A stretch of DNA of 64,000 nucleotides. Origin: Patescibacteria group bacterium (GTDB lineage: Bacteria > Patescibacteriota > Patescibacteriia > UBA9570). Below the pieces are notes generated by a model. It was not told the origin of the DNA. It was given only the letters and a program-made list of their open reading frames with translations, and did no database searches. The stretch is taken from assembly GCA_041660305.1 (NCBI GenBank), contig JBAZWO010000001.1:418268-482267 (forward strand), given 5' to 3'. The position numbers were made by a program, and so were the translations under genes. Positions 24,554 to 33,461 of this stretch are shown piece after piece; the first letter of the stretch is position 1; the number at the start of each line of letters is the position of its first letter.

Positions 24554-25268
24554 TATTAACCTTATTACCGAGCAGCCTGATTATTTAATTATTAATAAGC
24601 CGGCTGGATTAACCGTGCATCCTGGCACAACTACGCTAACCGAAACCACGTTAACTGATTTGCTGTTAAAACAATATCCGGAAATAAAAATGGTCGGTGA
24701 AGACGTAACACGACCCGGTATTGTGCATCGTTTAGATAAAGACGTTTCCGGCGTTATGGTAATTGCCCGCACGCCTGAAATGTATGCTCATCTAAAACAG
24801 CAATTTCAACACCATCTTATTTATAAACAATATGTAGCTATTGTACATGGTAAGTTTACCCAGCCAAATGGTATTATTAATTTTTCTATTCAGCGTTCAG
24901 CTCAAGATGGCTCTAAAATGGCCGCCCGGCCAGATACGAGCGGTCGCCCGGCTCAAACCGATTACACGGTATTACGTCAATTTCAACATTATGCTTTAGT
25001 ATCGTTAATTATCCACACTGGCCGCACCCACCAAATTCGCGTACACCTAAACGCCTTTGGTCACCCAATTATTGGCGATACTGTTTATCGACCGAAAAAA
25101 TTCAAAACCCGCCTTAACCCCGGCCGCATCTTTTTACACGCCGAAACACTTAAATTCACCACGCTGGCTAGTGAGCTAGTTGCTTATACCGCTCCACTGC
25201 CTGATATAATGCAGGATTTCTTGAAACAAATAGCCCCCTTACCCCCTAAAGGGGGAATCATACATTAG
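24450..25268 (+). CDS. RluA-family pseudouridine synthase
   Basis: Contains LIINKPAGLTVHPG, the catalytic HRLDKDVSGVMV, and GRTHQIRVHL. The listed start overlaps the LOG gene by 104 nt, so the true start is probably later and non-ATG. Confidence 0.85.
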   Translation: MKKKICNYIPLSIQPRKPWLLSEKLNQTTISPQTNINLITEQPDYLIINKPAGLTVHPGTTTLTETTLTDLLLKQYPEIKMVGEDVTRPGIVHRLDKDVSGVMVIARTPEMYAHLKQQFQHHLIYKQYVAIVHGKFTQPNGIINFSIQRSAQDGSKMAARPDTSGRPAQTDYTVLRQFQHYALVSLIIHTGRTHQIRVHLNAFGHPIIGDTVYRPKKFKTRLNPGRIFLHAETLKFTTLASELVAYTAPLPDIMQDFLKQIAPLPPKGGIIH

Positions 25269-25269
25269 C

Positions 25270-26850
25270 TTATCGGATTTCAAATCCACTATATTCAGCT
25301 TTTTGAAAATCTGGTGTTTGTACTTTAATCGTCAAATTCTGCTTTCTAGGTAAGTTGGTATTATTAGCAATCAAAGCTGATGATAAATCCACTTGAATAG
25401 TTTGTTCATTATTCACTTGAACTGCCTCAGTAGGCACCTCCCAATCATTAATCCATACAAACGTACCATGAGCAAAATGTTGTCCTTGAATAATAATTGT
25501 TCCACCGGTTAAATAAGATACTGTTGGTGTAATGGAAGTAATGTTTGGTGGATCACCTTGTAAAATTAGACGTAATTGCGGATGACTTGTTGGTTCCGAC
25601 TCAATTGGTTCACCATCTGTTACTCCTATTCTACCAGTAACGGTATTACGAACCATAACTGTATACGAACCAGGCGATAAACTACTTATTGGTAACGTAG
25701 CTTGCAAGGTTTTATCATCTATAAAAGTCACTGCCGTAGCTGAAAATAAATTTTTTAATAATACCTCTTCCTGATTAGCTACAAATCCTTCTCCGTTAAT
25801 TGTAATTTGTATTGTTGCGTCAGATTTATGATTTATTAAAAAAGTATTTTTTTCTAAAGAAATACGATACGCCAATGGTGTTGCATCCAAGGCGAGAGGC
25901 TTAATATATTGAGTAAAAACAGGAATAGTACCTTCCACCCCTAAAGCTTGGTAACGCTTCTCTAAATTATTTTTAATACTATAAGTATTTAAATGAGAAG
26001 CATTATTCTGTAATAGTGTTAGCAAATTTTGATTATCTATCTTGCCATCAATTTCAATATCTAAACTCAATTTGGCTAATAATTCAGATAGCTCTGCCAC
26101 TGATTGCTGACCTTGTAAAATGACTGAGGCGGCTAACAATACCCCATTATTCGCACTGTCTTGGCTAATATTCATAGTTTCAAAAGCGGCTATATTAGAT
26201 GGTTGCATCTGAAATAGCTGTAATACTTCACGCTCTGCTTCTTGTTTAGCGTCCACAAATGACAACTGTTGTTGCTCCACTAAATAACGGATGCGTGGGC
26301 TCGCTAATGTTGTTAGTACATTAATATTTATATTAGAATGTTCTGCTATCTGAGCCACGGCACGCAACGTTAATGGTGCTGCAGATAACGCGCCTGTCAC
26401 TTCATTATAGTAATAACCTTGGGCAATTACTTCCACATAATTTGCGCTCATTTTTTTTGATAATGTGTAATCACCAAAATCACTATTAGTCACCACCTGA
26501 TAAGTTTTACCATTGGGTTGCAACTTATCATCTAATTCTTGAATGATAATTGTAGAACCACTAATAAAGGGCCCTTTTTGCACATAACCAGCTACCTGCT
26601 TGGTTTTTATAAAATACTGCGGGACAAACACCAAAGCAGCCAACCCAACAGTGAGCGCCCCCACACCCAGCGTACCAAATAAAAACCACTGTTTCTTATG
26701 TTGAGTTTCCGTGTTTGGTTTACTAGGTAAAAATTCTGCTCGTTGTTGTAATTGTGCGCTTAAGCGTTCAACAAAAACATCATCCAATGGCGCCACTGGC
26801 TTGCTAGAACGAATGTTATTAGTAAAATGATGTTTATGAGATATCTGCAT
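25270..26850 (-). CDS. putative membrane-anchored anti-sigma factor with IPT/TIG-like C-terminal domains
   Basis: 526 aa. It overlaps the upstream ECF sigma gene by 17 nt. It has a short cytoplasmic N-terminus, one TM segment (WFLFGTLGVGALTVGLAALVFV) and a large external part ending in IPT-like repeats (ITSITPTVSYLTGGTIIIQGQHF). Confidence 0.45.
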   Translation of the reverse strand: MQISHKHHFTNNIRSSKPVAPLDDVFVERLSAQLQQRAEFLPSKPNTETQHKKQWFLFGTLGVGALTVGLAALVFVPQYFIKTKQVAGYVQKGPFISGSTIIIQELDDKLQPNGKTYQVVTNSDFGDYTLSKKMSANYVEVIAQGYYYNEVTGALSAAPLTLRAVAQIAEHSNININVLTTLASPRIRYLVEQQQLSFVDAKQEAEREVLQLFQMQPSNIAAFETMNISQDSANNGVLLAASVILQGQQSVAELSELLAKLSLDIEIDGKIDNQNLLTLLQNNASHLNTYSIKNNLEKRYQALGVEGTIPVFTQYIKPLALDATPLAYRISLEKNTFLINHKSDATIQITINGEGFVANQEEVLLKNLFSATAVTFIDDKTLQATLPISSLSPGSYTVMVRNTVTGRIGVTDGEPIESEPTSHPQLRLILQGDPPNITSITPTVSYLTGGTIIIQGQHFAHGTFVWINDWEVPTEAVQVNNEQTIQVDLSSALIANNTNLPRKQNLTIKVQTPDFQKAEYSGFEIR

Positions 26851-27418
26851 ATTGTTCCATATAAAGTTTTTTGAATTTTTTTACAGCGCGTGAATATCGT
26901 GCTCGCACCGCCACTACATTACTGGCTGTAATACGGCTAATTTCTGCATAGGTTTTATCTTGCCATAAGCGCAATGTTAATATTTCTTGATCGGCCAGTG
27001 GTAGTAAGCGTAATATCTCCTGCACTCGCCGTTGTTCAATATTTTTATCTACCGTTGCCATAGCAATTTCAGCCTGTACTATTGGTTCAGCTACTTCTAA
27101 CTCCACCGTTGGATGATGTTTACGATAATAGTCAATCACCTGATTACGAGCAATTGCATATAGCCAGGAAGAAAATCTAGCACCAGTTTGATAACGAAAA
27201 TCGATTAAATGTTCTAAAGCCTGCATAAATACCTGTGCAGTTAAATCTTCTGCTACTTCTTTAGAAGTTACTTTATAGAAAATAAAACGATAAATTTCAT
27301 CAATAAAAACTCGATACAACGCATCAAACCGCAACACATCCATTTGCGCTTGTTCTACTAAAACCTTTTCCTCAGCCCGAGTCATTGATATATTGTAGTA
27401 AATATAACGTAATAACAC
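26834..27418 (-). CDS. ECF-type RNA polymerase sigma-70 factor
   Basis: 194 aa. Region 2 (VFIDEIYRFIFYKV...DLTAQVFM...F...WLYAIARNQVIDYYRK) and a region 4 HTH (TYAEISRITASNVVAVRARYSRAVKKFK). Confidence 0.85.
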   Translation of the reverse strand: MLLRYIYYNISMTRAEEKVLVEQAQMDVLRFDALYRVFIDEIYRFIFYKVTSKEVAEDLTAQVFMQALEHLIDFRYQTGARFSSWLYAIARNQVIDYYRKHHPTVELEVAEPIVQAEIAMATVDKNIEQRRVQEILRLLPLADQEILTLRLWQDKTYAEISRITASNVVAVRARYSRAVKKFKKLYMEQYADIS

Positions 27419-27425
27419 AAAAACT

Positions 27426-27455
27426 GTGACATAATGTCACGAATTCAGTTATACT
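27426..27455 (+). promoter_or_regulatory. palindrome plus putative promoter in the divergent intergenic region
   Basis: GTGACAT A ATGTCAC (27426-27440) overlaps a -35-like GTGACA, and TATACT lies at 27450-27455. Confidence 0.3.
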
Positions 27456-27495
27456 ACGTTATAATAATTACTTAAGTTAATAAATTACAAAAAAT

Positions 27496-28320
27496 ATGAA
27501 CAAATATAATAAGCTACTCTACACTGCCATATTTAGTGTAGGTATAGTACTCGCTTCACCTACGTTCGCCAGCTACTTCGATTCTTATGAATTTTTTCAG
27601 GGCGAATGGAGAGATAATTATATCCATTTTGGCGGTTGTGAGAACGACCCTTTCTGTTTAGATGCTCAAAATAATGGCTGGAAAGGCGATACTTTTTTTA
27701 ATATAGGTGATTACAACGTTAAACAAGGTGTTTATTCTGTAAACGAACCAACATTTTACAATGACAATAGTAAGTTAGTGCTAACTTATCAATATCGTTT
27801 TATAACCAAAGAATCATCAGACAATACAACAGATAAAGGCTATATAAAAATTAAAGATGTTGCCACTAATGTTATTTATTATCTTAAAACTCTCACTCCA
27901 GCTGACGCTAATTCGGACTGGCAAGATATACGTGTAATATTACCTAAAGAAATTACCAATAAAAAATTACAATTAGTTTTAGAAGTTGAAAATGATGATC
28001 AAAGATTATCTACTATGGGAATAAATAATATTAGTGTTGTACATAAATCCAAACCAGAAATACTAGGTCGAATATATGAAGAAACGTCTGGAAAAAAATT
28101 TGCTGTACCTGGGGTAACTGTATTATTAAAAAATGCGGCTAACAACACAATTTTAAAACAAACTATTACTGATGAGCTTGGTAATTATACATTTTATCCG
28201 GTAAAAGCGAAACGAGATTTTATTGTAGAAGTTACTTATAATGATAAAACTAATTCAAAGAATATAGCTGGCATACCTTATGGTTCATACAGTTATGGTA
28301 ATGATTTAGTATTAGAGTAA
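27496..28320 (+). CDS. hypothetical secreted protein with a C-terminal carboxypeptidase-regulatory-like domain
   Basis: 274 aa with a signal peptide. The C-terminal segment VPGVTVLLKNAANNTILKQTITDELGNYTFYPV resembles a CarboxypepD_reg fold. Confidence 0.5.
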   Translation: MNKYNKLLYTAIFSVGIVLASPTFASYFDSYEFFQGEWRDNYIHFGGCENDPFCLDAQNNGWKGDTFFNIGDYNVKQGVYSVNEPTFYNDNSKLVLTYQYRFITKESSDNTTDKGYIKIKDVATNVIYYLKTLTPADANSDWQDIRVILPKEITNKKLQLVLEVENDDQRLSTMGINNISVVHKSKPEILGRIYEETSGKKFAVPGVTVLLKNAANNTILKQTITDELGNYTFYPVKAKRDFIVEVTYNDKTNSKNIAGIPYGSYSYGNDLVLE

Positions 28321-28351
28321 ATCAAGCAAAAAGTTATTACGTATGTCAAAA

Positions 28352-28380
28352 AAGTACTTAATTTTAAGTACTTTTTTGTT
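28352..28380 (+). terminator. AT-rich intrinsic terminator
   Basis: AAGTACTTAA TT TTAAGTACTT followed by TTTTT. Confidence 0.45.
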
Positions 28381-28384
28381 AGGC

Positions 28385-28413
28385 TTGACGCTTTCCGGCT
28401 TTTTTCCTATGAT
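28385..28413 (+). promoter_or_regulatory. putative promoter of the rplS-tRNA unit
   Basis: TTGACG (28385-28390), 17 nt, TATGAT (28408-28413). Confidence 0.45.
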
Positions 28414-28444
28414 AAGCAGGCTTAATTAGCTATTATATTTCGTT

Positions 28445-28804
28445 ATGACTGAAGAACAACCAAAAACAACCCCAACTGAACAACCTACTGCTGTTGCTCG
28501 AACGTTACCAGAATTACGTGCCGGTTACACAGTACGTTTAACCATTAAAATTAAAGAGGGTAAAAAAGAACGTTTACAGAACTTTGAAGGCATGATTATT
28601 AAAATGTCTGGCGCTACTCCAATTACTAAAACCATTACTGTGCGTAAAGCAGTAAAAGGCTTTGGTGTAGAAAAAATCATCCCCTTAGCTATGCCTGCGT
28701 TAACCGATATTAAAGTATTGAAGAAAGCTGCTGTCCGTAAAGCCAAATTGTATAACTTGCGTCGTCATACCAATAAGAAACTAAAAGAAACGATTGTTGC
28801 TTAA
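28445..28804 (+). CDS. rplS: 50S ribosomal protein L19
   Basis: 119 aa. RAGYTVRLTIKIKEGKKERLQNFEGMII...ITVRK...GVEKIIPL is the bL19 core. Confidence 0.9.
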   Translation: MTEEQPKTTPTEQPTAVARTLPELRAGYTVRLTIKIKEGKKERLQNFEGMIIKMSGATPITKTITVRKAVKGFGVEKIIPLAMPALTDIKVLKKAAVRKAKLYNLRRHTNKKLKETIVA

Positions 28805-28821
28805 CGTGTTTTTTACTACTA

Positions 28822-28907
28822 GCGCGGGTGGCGAAATGGTATACGCACAGCCTTGAGGTGGCTGCGGGAGCAATCCCATGGAGGTTCAAATCCTCTCCCG
28901 CGCACCA
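28822..28907 (+). tRNA. tRNA-Leu (anticodon GAG), CCA encoded
   Basis: Acceptor GCGCGGG/CCCGCGC, anticodon stem CAGCC/GGCTG with loop TTGAGGT, long variable arm, and a 3' ACCA present. Confidence 0.9.
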
Positions 28908-28914
28908 TCACTAA

Positions 28915-28988
28915 GGACGCTTAGCTCAGTTGGTTAGAGCATCTGCTTTACACGCAGAGGGTCGCAGGTTCGAATCCTGCAGCGTCCA
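28915..28988 (+). tRNA. tRNA-Val (anticodon TAC)
   Basis: Acceptor GGACGCT/AGCGTCC, anticodon stem TCTGC/GCAGA with loop TTTACAC, T-loop GGTTCGAATCC. Confidence 0.9.
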
Positions 28989-29040
28989 CCTACGTCCTCC
29001 TACACTAAGGTTTCGGAGGACTACGGTGGATAAATCCACC
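28989..29040 (+). repeat. tRNA-abutting twin-hairpin element, copy 3 (+)
   Basis: CC TACG TCCTCC ...loop... GGAGGA CTACGG then TGGA TAAA TCCA, starting directly after the discriminator base. Confidence 0.7.
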
Positions 29041-29077
29041 ATAATGTGCTTTTTTAAACTAAAACTATATCTATATT

Positions 29078-29314
29078 ATGCCTTATGTTGTTGGATTAAT
29101 CATGATTGCTGTAGCGGTGGCTTTTATTGTAAAAACGGAATGGTGGGTATCGGCTTTTGGTAGAGTTACCTGGGCTGAACAAAACCTTGGGGCTGAAGGT
29201 GGCACACGCATTTTTTACAAGCTGCTCGGTTTCGGTTTAATCATCTTGGCATTTATGATTATGTCTGGTAGGATATTCACTGTGCTGGATTGGGTATTTG
29301 TGCGCGGAAATTAA
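29078..29314 (+). CDS. hypothetical small membrane protein
   Basis: 78 aa with two predicted TM helices. No family is recognised. Confidence 0.4.
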   Translation: MPYVVGLIMIAVAVAFIVKTEWWVSAFGRVTWAEQNLGAEGGTRIFYKLLGFGLIILAFMIMSGRIFTVLDWVFVRGN

Positions 29315-29320
29315 CATTAA

Positions 29321-29393
29321 GGGCCCCTAGCTCATTTGGTAGAGCGCCGCATTTGCACTGCGGAGGTGAGGAGTTCGAGCCTCCTGGGGTCCA
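29321..29393 (+). tRNA. tRNA-Ala (anticodon TGC)
   Basis: Acceptor GGGCCCC/GGGGTCC with the G3:U70 identity pair, and anticodon stem CCGCA/TGCGG with loop TTTGCAC. Confidence 0.9.
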
Positions 29394-29412
29394 CACATAT
29401 CTATCAAAAAAA

Positions 29413-30117
29413 TTATTTCTCATTTTCCAAAGCCAATTTAAGCAAGAATATAGTATCTGATTTTAATTTAGCTTTAGCCCAGTCTTTTTGAGATTCAATA
29501 AGCAACTCTCCTAGACCATCAAGTATATGACGATTATCCAGCTTGTCTAATAATTCAAGACAGCTAACTAATAATTTTTTTAATGGCATACCAGATCTAG
29601 CGTTGATTAATTCTTTATTTATCGGCCAATTATTTTTAGAAAAAAAATATACATCATAGATATCACGACTAGTTCTACCGATTCTTTCATACATAGCCAT
29701 TAATTTATTGGCAAACATATCATCTTCTGTCATTACCAACATTGAAATGCCAAGCACTGTTTTTATTTTATAGCTTGCACCAAAATTTCGACGATTAATT
29801 TCCAACTTAACATTTTGCGCGCCAACCACTTTATTATCATAAGACAAAATATATAACAGATTAAATCTTTTCTTAAAAACTTCTTTTAACTGCCCATATT
29901 TTTTTAGAATTGTTTTAATCCGTTCAAATACATAATCTTCTTGTTCCGGATTGAGCAAATCAAAATCCAAATCTACCGAGTTACGATCCAGACCGTAAAA
30001 CAACAAAGCCGCCGTACCACCCTTAAATCCAAGGTGGGGAGCTAATGTCGTGTCAGAAAAAATATCTTTTAAAATCTGTAACAATATATTTTTATGTTTA
30101 GGATAATCTAGCGCCAT
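29413..30117 (-). CDS. AbiEii/AbiGii-family nucleotidyltransferase toxin (type IV TA)
   Basis: 234 aa. The N-terminus LLQILKDIFSDTTLAPHLGFKGGTAALLFYGLDRNSVDLDFD is the DUF1814/AbiEii signature. Confidence 0.8.
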   Translation of the reverse strand: MALDYPKHKNILLQILKDIFSDTTLAPHLGFKGGTAALLFYGLDRNSVDLDFDLLNPEQEDYVFERIKTILKKYGQLKEVFKKRFNLLYILSYDNKVVGAQNVKLEINRRNFGASYKIKTVLGISMLVMTEDDMFANKLMAMYERIGRTSRDIYDVYFFSKNNWPINKELINARSGMPLKKLLVSCLELLDKLDNRHILDGLGELLIESQKDWAKAKLKSDTIFLLKLALENEK

Positions 30118-30131
30118 ATAATTTTCTTATT

Positions 30132-30728
30132 TTATTTATTGTCCTGATAATACTTATAATATTCATTAACTTTTTTTTCCATTCTTTTATTGCGATAAAT
30201 TGGTAAAATCTCAAAAACCTTATTCCATTCTAAACTATCTAAATTATCAAAATGATACTCTTTGCTAACATATATTCTATCTAAAAATGCTCGCTCTCTA
30301 CTCGCTATAGCCACATCATTTATATGTTCAATACCAATAGTATCGCTTAAAACATAATCTTTCATTCTAATAAAGGATATTCTATGCCCATCAGCCACAA
30401 TATCACGCGTAACATAAGAAGCCACAAAAATATTTCCATAGTACTGAAAATTCACTCCTGTTCTAGTTAATACAGTTTCAAAACTAATATATGAAGGTAA
30501 ATAGATGTGGGTGGCTAATTCAAAACTATTATAGTTTTTGTCTTTTGCGTAAATACCGTGGTAAACTCTAATTAATTTCACATTTTTAACGTAACTACTC
30601 AATCTTACTTTGACATTAGCTGTCATTGTTTCTCCCCATAACATAGCAATGTCTTTTGTGGAAAAGATTGTTTTACTCGATCTTAGTAATGTATCAATAT
30701 ATTGGCCTTTAGTGAGTTTATTATCCAT
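30132..30728 (-). CDS. AbiEi-family antitoxin / transcriptional regulator
   Basis: Typical AbiEi N-terminus (FSTKDIAMLW...VRLSSYVKNVKLIRVYHGIYA). I prefer the internal ATG (MDNKLTKGQY) at 30728 over the listed 30797 start. Confidence 0.7.
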   Translation of the reverse strand: MDNKLTKGQYIDTLLRSSKTIFSTKDIAMLWGETMTANVKVRLSSYVKNVKLIRVYHGIYAKDKNYNSFELATHIYLPSYISFETVLTRTGVNFQYYGNIFVASYVTRDIVADGHRISFIRMKDYVLSDTIGIEHINDVAIASRERAFLDRIYVSKEYHFDNLDSLEWNKVFEILPIYRNKRMEKKVNEYYKYYQDNK

Positions 30729-30803
30729 ATGTTTACTGATAGTAAGCTTAAAACTTACTATCAGTATAATTATATACCATTTATTAAAATAGTGCAAGAT
30801 GAG

Positions 30804-31946
30804 TTATTTGCGCACTATCCGTGGTAATAACGGTGAAATTCTAGATATTATCTCATAATTAATGGTGTGCAGTTTTTTTGCCATGGCTTCAGCGGTAATT
30901 TCTGCTTTACCTTGTTTACCTAACAATACTACTTCATCTTCTACTTTAATATTCCGCACATTAGTTACATCTACCGTAAACATATTCATAGATATTCTCC
31001 CTAATACCTTACACACCTGCCCACGAATTAATACCTCACCACAATTAGATAGCCCACGATCATAACCATCGCTATAACCTTGTGGAATTAATGCGATTTT
31101 AGTCGACTTTTTTGTAATATAAGTTAAACCATAACCAATTGGATAACCTTTTGGTAATAATTTAACTTGTGCCACATGAGTTACCCAGCGCAATACTGGT
31201 TTTAACGTATATTGTTTATGTTCATATTGTTTTTGCAGCGCCAACGAAGGCCATAAACCATATACACCAACTCCTAAGCGCACCAACGCATGGGCGTGTT
31301 GCTGCTCACAAGTTAAAATTCCAGACGTAGCAGAAACGTGTTGCAGAACATTTTTATAGCCATGTTGTTCTAATAATTGTACGGCTCGCTGATAAAAATG
31401 TAATTGCTTACGCGCGTGTGATAAATTCGTAGTATCTTCAATATTGGCAAAGTGTGAATATACACCAACTACTTTTAGTTGCGAATGTTTTTTAATGGTA
31501 GTTAATAAGGCTGGTAATTTTTCTATCAACGTACCCTCACGCCCTAACAGCGCATCGATACTAATATGCACTCTTACCATTTTATTTAAACGCTGCCCAG
31601 CTTCTTGCAAAGCCGCTAATAACGTGGCGTCAAAAATAGCTAGTTCGGCATTATGTTTTACTACTTCTAAACACTGCTGTTTAGTAACATAGCCTAACAT
31701 CAACACCGGCTGTTTGGTAGCTTTACGCAAACGTATTAACTCATCTAAATCATCTACTTGAAAATAAGCCGCTTGGCCAGCTAACAATTTTACTATCTCG
31801 TTTTGTCCGTGCCCATACGCATTGCCTTTTACTACTACGCTTAGTTTAACCTTTGGTTTTAATAATGAACGAAATATTTTTACATTATGAATAAGATTAT
31901 TTTTTGATAATTCAATATACGATAATGGTAAGCTCATACTTATCAT
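30804..31946 (-). CDS. alr: alanine racemase
   Basis: 380 aa. The PLP motif VVKGNAYGHG and overall Alr-like layout are present. Confidence 0.9.
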   Translation of the reverse strand: MISMSLPLSYIELSKNNLIHNVKIFRSLLKPKVKLSVVVKGNAYGHGQNEIVKLLAGQAAYFQVDDLDELIRLRKATKQPVLMLGYVTKQQCLEVVKHNAELAIFDATLLAALQEAGQRLNKMVRVHISIDALLGREGTLIEKLPALLTTIKKHSQLKVVGVYSHFANIEDTTNLSHARKQLHFYQRAVQLLEQHGYKNVLQHVSATSGILTCEQQHAHALVRLGVGVYGLWPSLALQKQYEHKQYTLKPVLRWVTHVAQVKLLPKGYPIGYGLTYITKKSTKIALIPQGYSDGYDRGLSNCGEVLIRGQVCKVLGRISMNMFTVDVTNVRNIKVEDEVVLLGKQGKAEITAEAMAKKLHTINYEIISRISPLLPRIVRK

Positions 31947-32151
31947 TATACTACAAAAAAAATTAAATATAAATATTTTTAAACAAAAAAATTGTAATAA
32001 TAATTTTTATAAAAATCATTTTGTGTTTTTTAGAAAAAAAGTTATCCACTGTTGACTAATTTTCCATTGTATAAAAAAATAAAACGATTTATACTTAATG
32101 TAGTCGAATAGAAATAAAAAATTTTTAAAATGAGAGGAGGTGGAAAAACAA

Positions 32152-32262
32152 ATGCCAGCAAAAAAACGAAAGGCAACAAAAAAAGTTGCTAAGAAAAAGA
32201 AAGTAGCAAAACGAAAACCAGTTGCTAAGAAAAAAAAGAAAACTGCCAAACGACGCAAATAA
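32152..32262 (+). CDS. 36-aa lysine-rich microprotein
   Basis: Not in the ORF track. SD GAGAGGAGGTGG lies 8-9 nt before the ATG at 32152, giving MPAKKRKATKKVAKKKKVAKRKPVAKKKKKTAKRRK. It is followed by the 32288-32314 terminator. Confidence 0.5.
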   Translation: MPAKKRKATKKVAKKKKVAKRKPVAKKKKKTAKRRK

Positions 32263-32287
32263 TTGTAAGCAGTTTCAAAAAAATAAA

Positions 32288-32314
32288 AGATCCCGCATAA
32301 AGCGGGATCTTTTT
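32288..32314. terminator. intrinsic terminator
   Basis: AGATCCCGC ATAAA GCGGGATCT followed by TTTT, with an A-run on the other side. Confidence 0.6.
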
Positions 32315-32333
32315 AAAAATATTTTTTTATTTG

Positions 32334-33461
32334 TTACAACGTTAATATCACCCAAAACAATACCGCTAAATCATTTTTAAAATAAGGTACATCTACCAAA
32401 CCATAAATTAATACGGCAACCAAACCAGCTAATAATACTACTGCTTTCGGCTGTTGCCAACCAATGGTTTTAATTTTTTTAAACATTACAACCAACACCA
32501 CTATTAACCAAATTAATCCAGCCAGACCTAATTCTACCCAAAAATCCAAAAAAATATTGTGCGGATATAATAATAATTCGGTATGCCTCGCTAATTTATA
32601 TTCTGCGTACACATTTGGAAAATTAGCCAAGCCAGCTCCTTGTAATGGACGATGCTGTAATAAATTAATGGTGCCTTGCCACAAGGCTAAGCGTACCTGA
32701 CCAGATACATCTTGAAATAATACAGTTTCGCGAAAAAGCGGAATGGTTGAAACACAGATAAATACTGATAACACAGATAATTTTTTCCAACCAGCTAAAT
32801 ATACACCAACTATAGTTGCTCCTGTTACTGCCATTACAGCGCCGGCGCTACGCGATAAAATAATACTAACCAACCCTAAAACTATTGCTACAAAAAATAC
32901 TGTGCGATATTTAGTGGATGATACAACATGAGCTATCAGCATAGCCACTATCGGCGCACATAATAAGCCAACCGCATTAGGATAGCCAAACCAACTAGTG
33001 GCTCTAAATTGTGCACCAAATTCATGCCACGGTGCCGGTACACCATAACCAGTGCCTAACTGTATCACACAGGTAATGCCAATTAAAATAATTACACCGC
33101 TTAATGTTGTTAACACGCGCTCTAATTTTGGTTTAATGGTTAATACCATACAGCCTACTAACATCGGCTCTATAATATACGCTTTATATAAACCTAGCGC
33201 GGCAACTTTTTCATCTGACACTAGTACAGCTAATAAACCAATCACGGCAAACACACTCATAACATATTTCCAATGTCCTAGTGTTAATTTACAACGATAC
33301 TCTACACATAATAATATAAAGCCAATTAAAATTAATCCCTCCAAAACTGTAACTGGAATATTAAATAATTTAAAACGTATTACATAACTAGGTAAACAAA
33401 ATAATATTATATAAAACCACCAGGCACTGTAATTATTTTTTAATAACGCCATTTTCTGCAT
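32334..33461 (-). CDS. O-antigen ligase / Wzy-like membrane protein
   Basis: 375 aa, polytopic. The Wzy_C-like segment is SRSAGAVMAV ... HPHNIFLDFWVELGLAGL. Confidence 0.65.
   Translation of the reverse strand: MQKMALLKNNYSAWWFYIILFCLPSYVIRFKLFNIPVTVLEGLILIGFILLCVEYRCKLTLGHWKYVMSVFAVIGLLAVLVSDEKVAALGLYKAYIIEPMLVGCMVLTIKPKLERVLTTLSGVIILIGITCVIQLGTGYGVPAPWHEFGAQFRATSWFGYPNAVGLLCAPIVAMLIAHVVSSTKYRTVFFVAIVLGLVSIILSRSAGAVMAVTGATIVGVYLAGWKKLSVLSVFICVSTIPLFRETVLFQDVSGQVRLALWQGTINLLQHRPLQGAGLANFPNVYAEYKLARHTELLLYPHNIFLDFWVELGLAGLIWLIVVLVVMFKKIKTIGWQQPKAVVLLAGLVAVLIYGLVDVPYFKNDLAVLFWVILTL

Noticed and set aside
29394-30803. A complete integrated island at tRNA-Ala bounded by att repeats.
   Set aside because: I found no copy of the tRNA-Ala 3' segment near 30800 and no integrase. 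Only the two AbiE genes are inserted.
32016-32258. 80-aa minus-strand ORF rich in Phe.
   Set aside because: It is the antisense shadow of the SD-led Lys-rich plus-strand micro-ORF (AAA/AAG read as TTT/CTT). It has no SD and an implausible composition.
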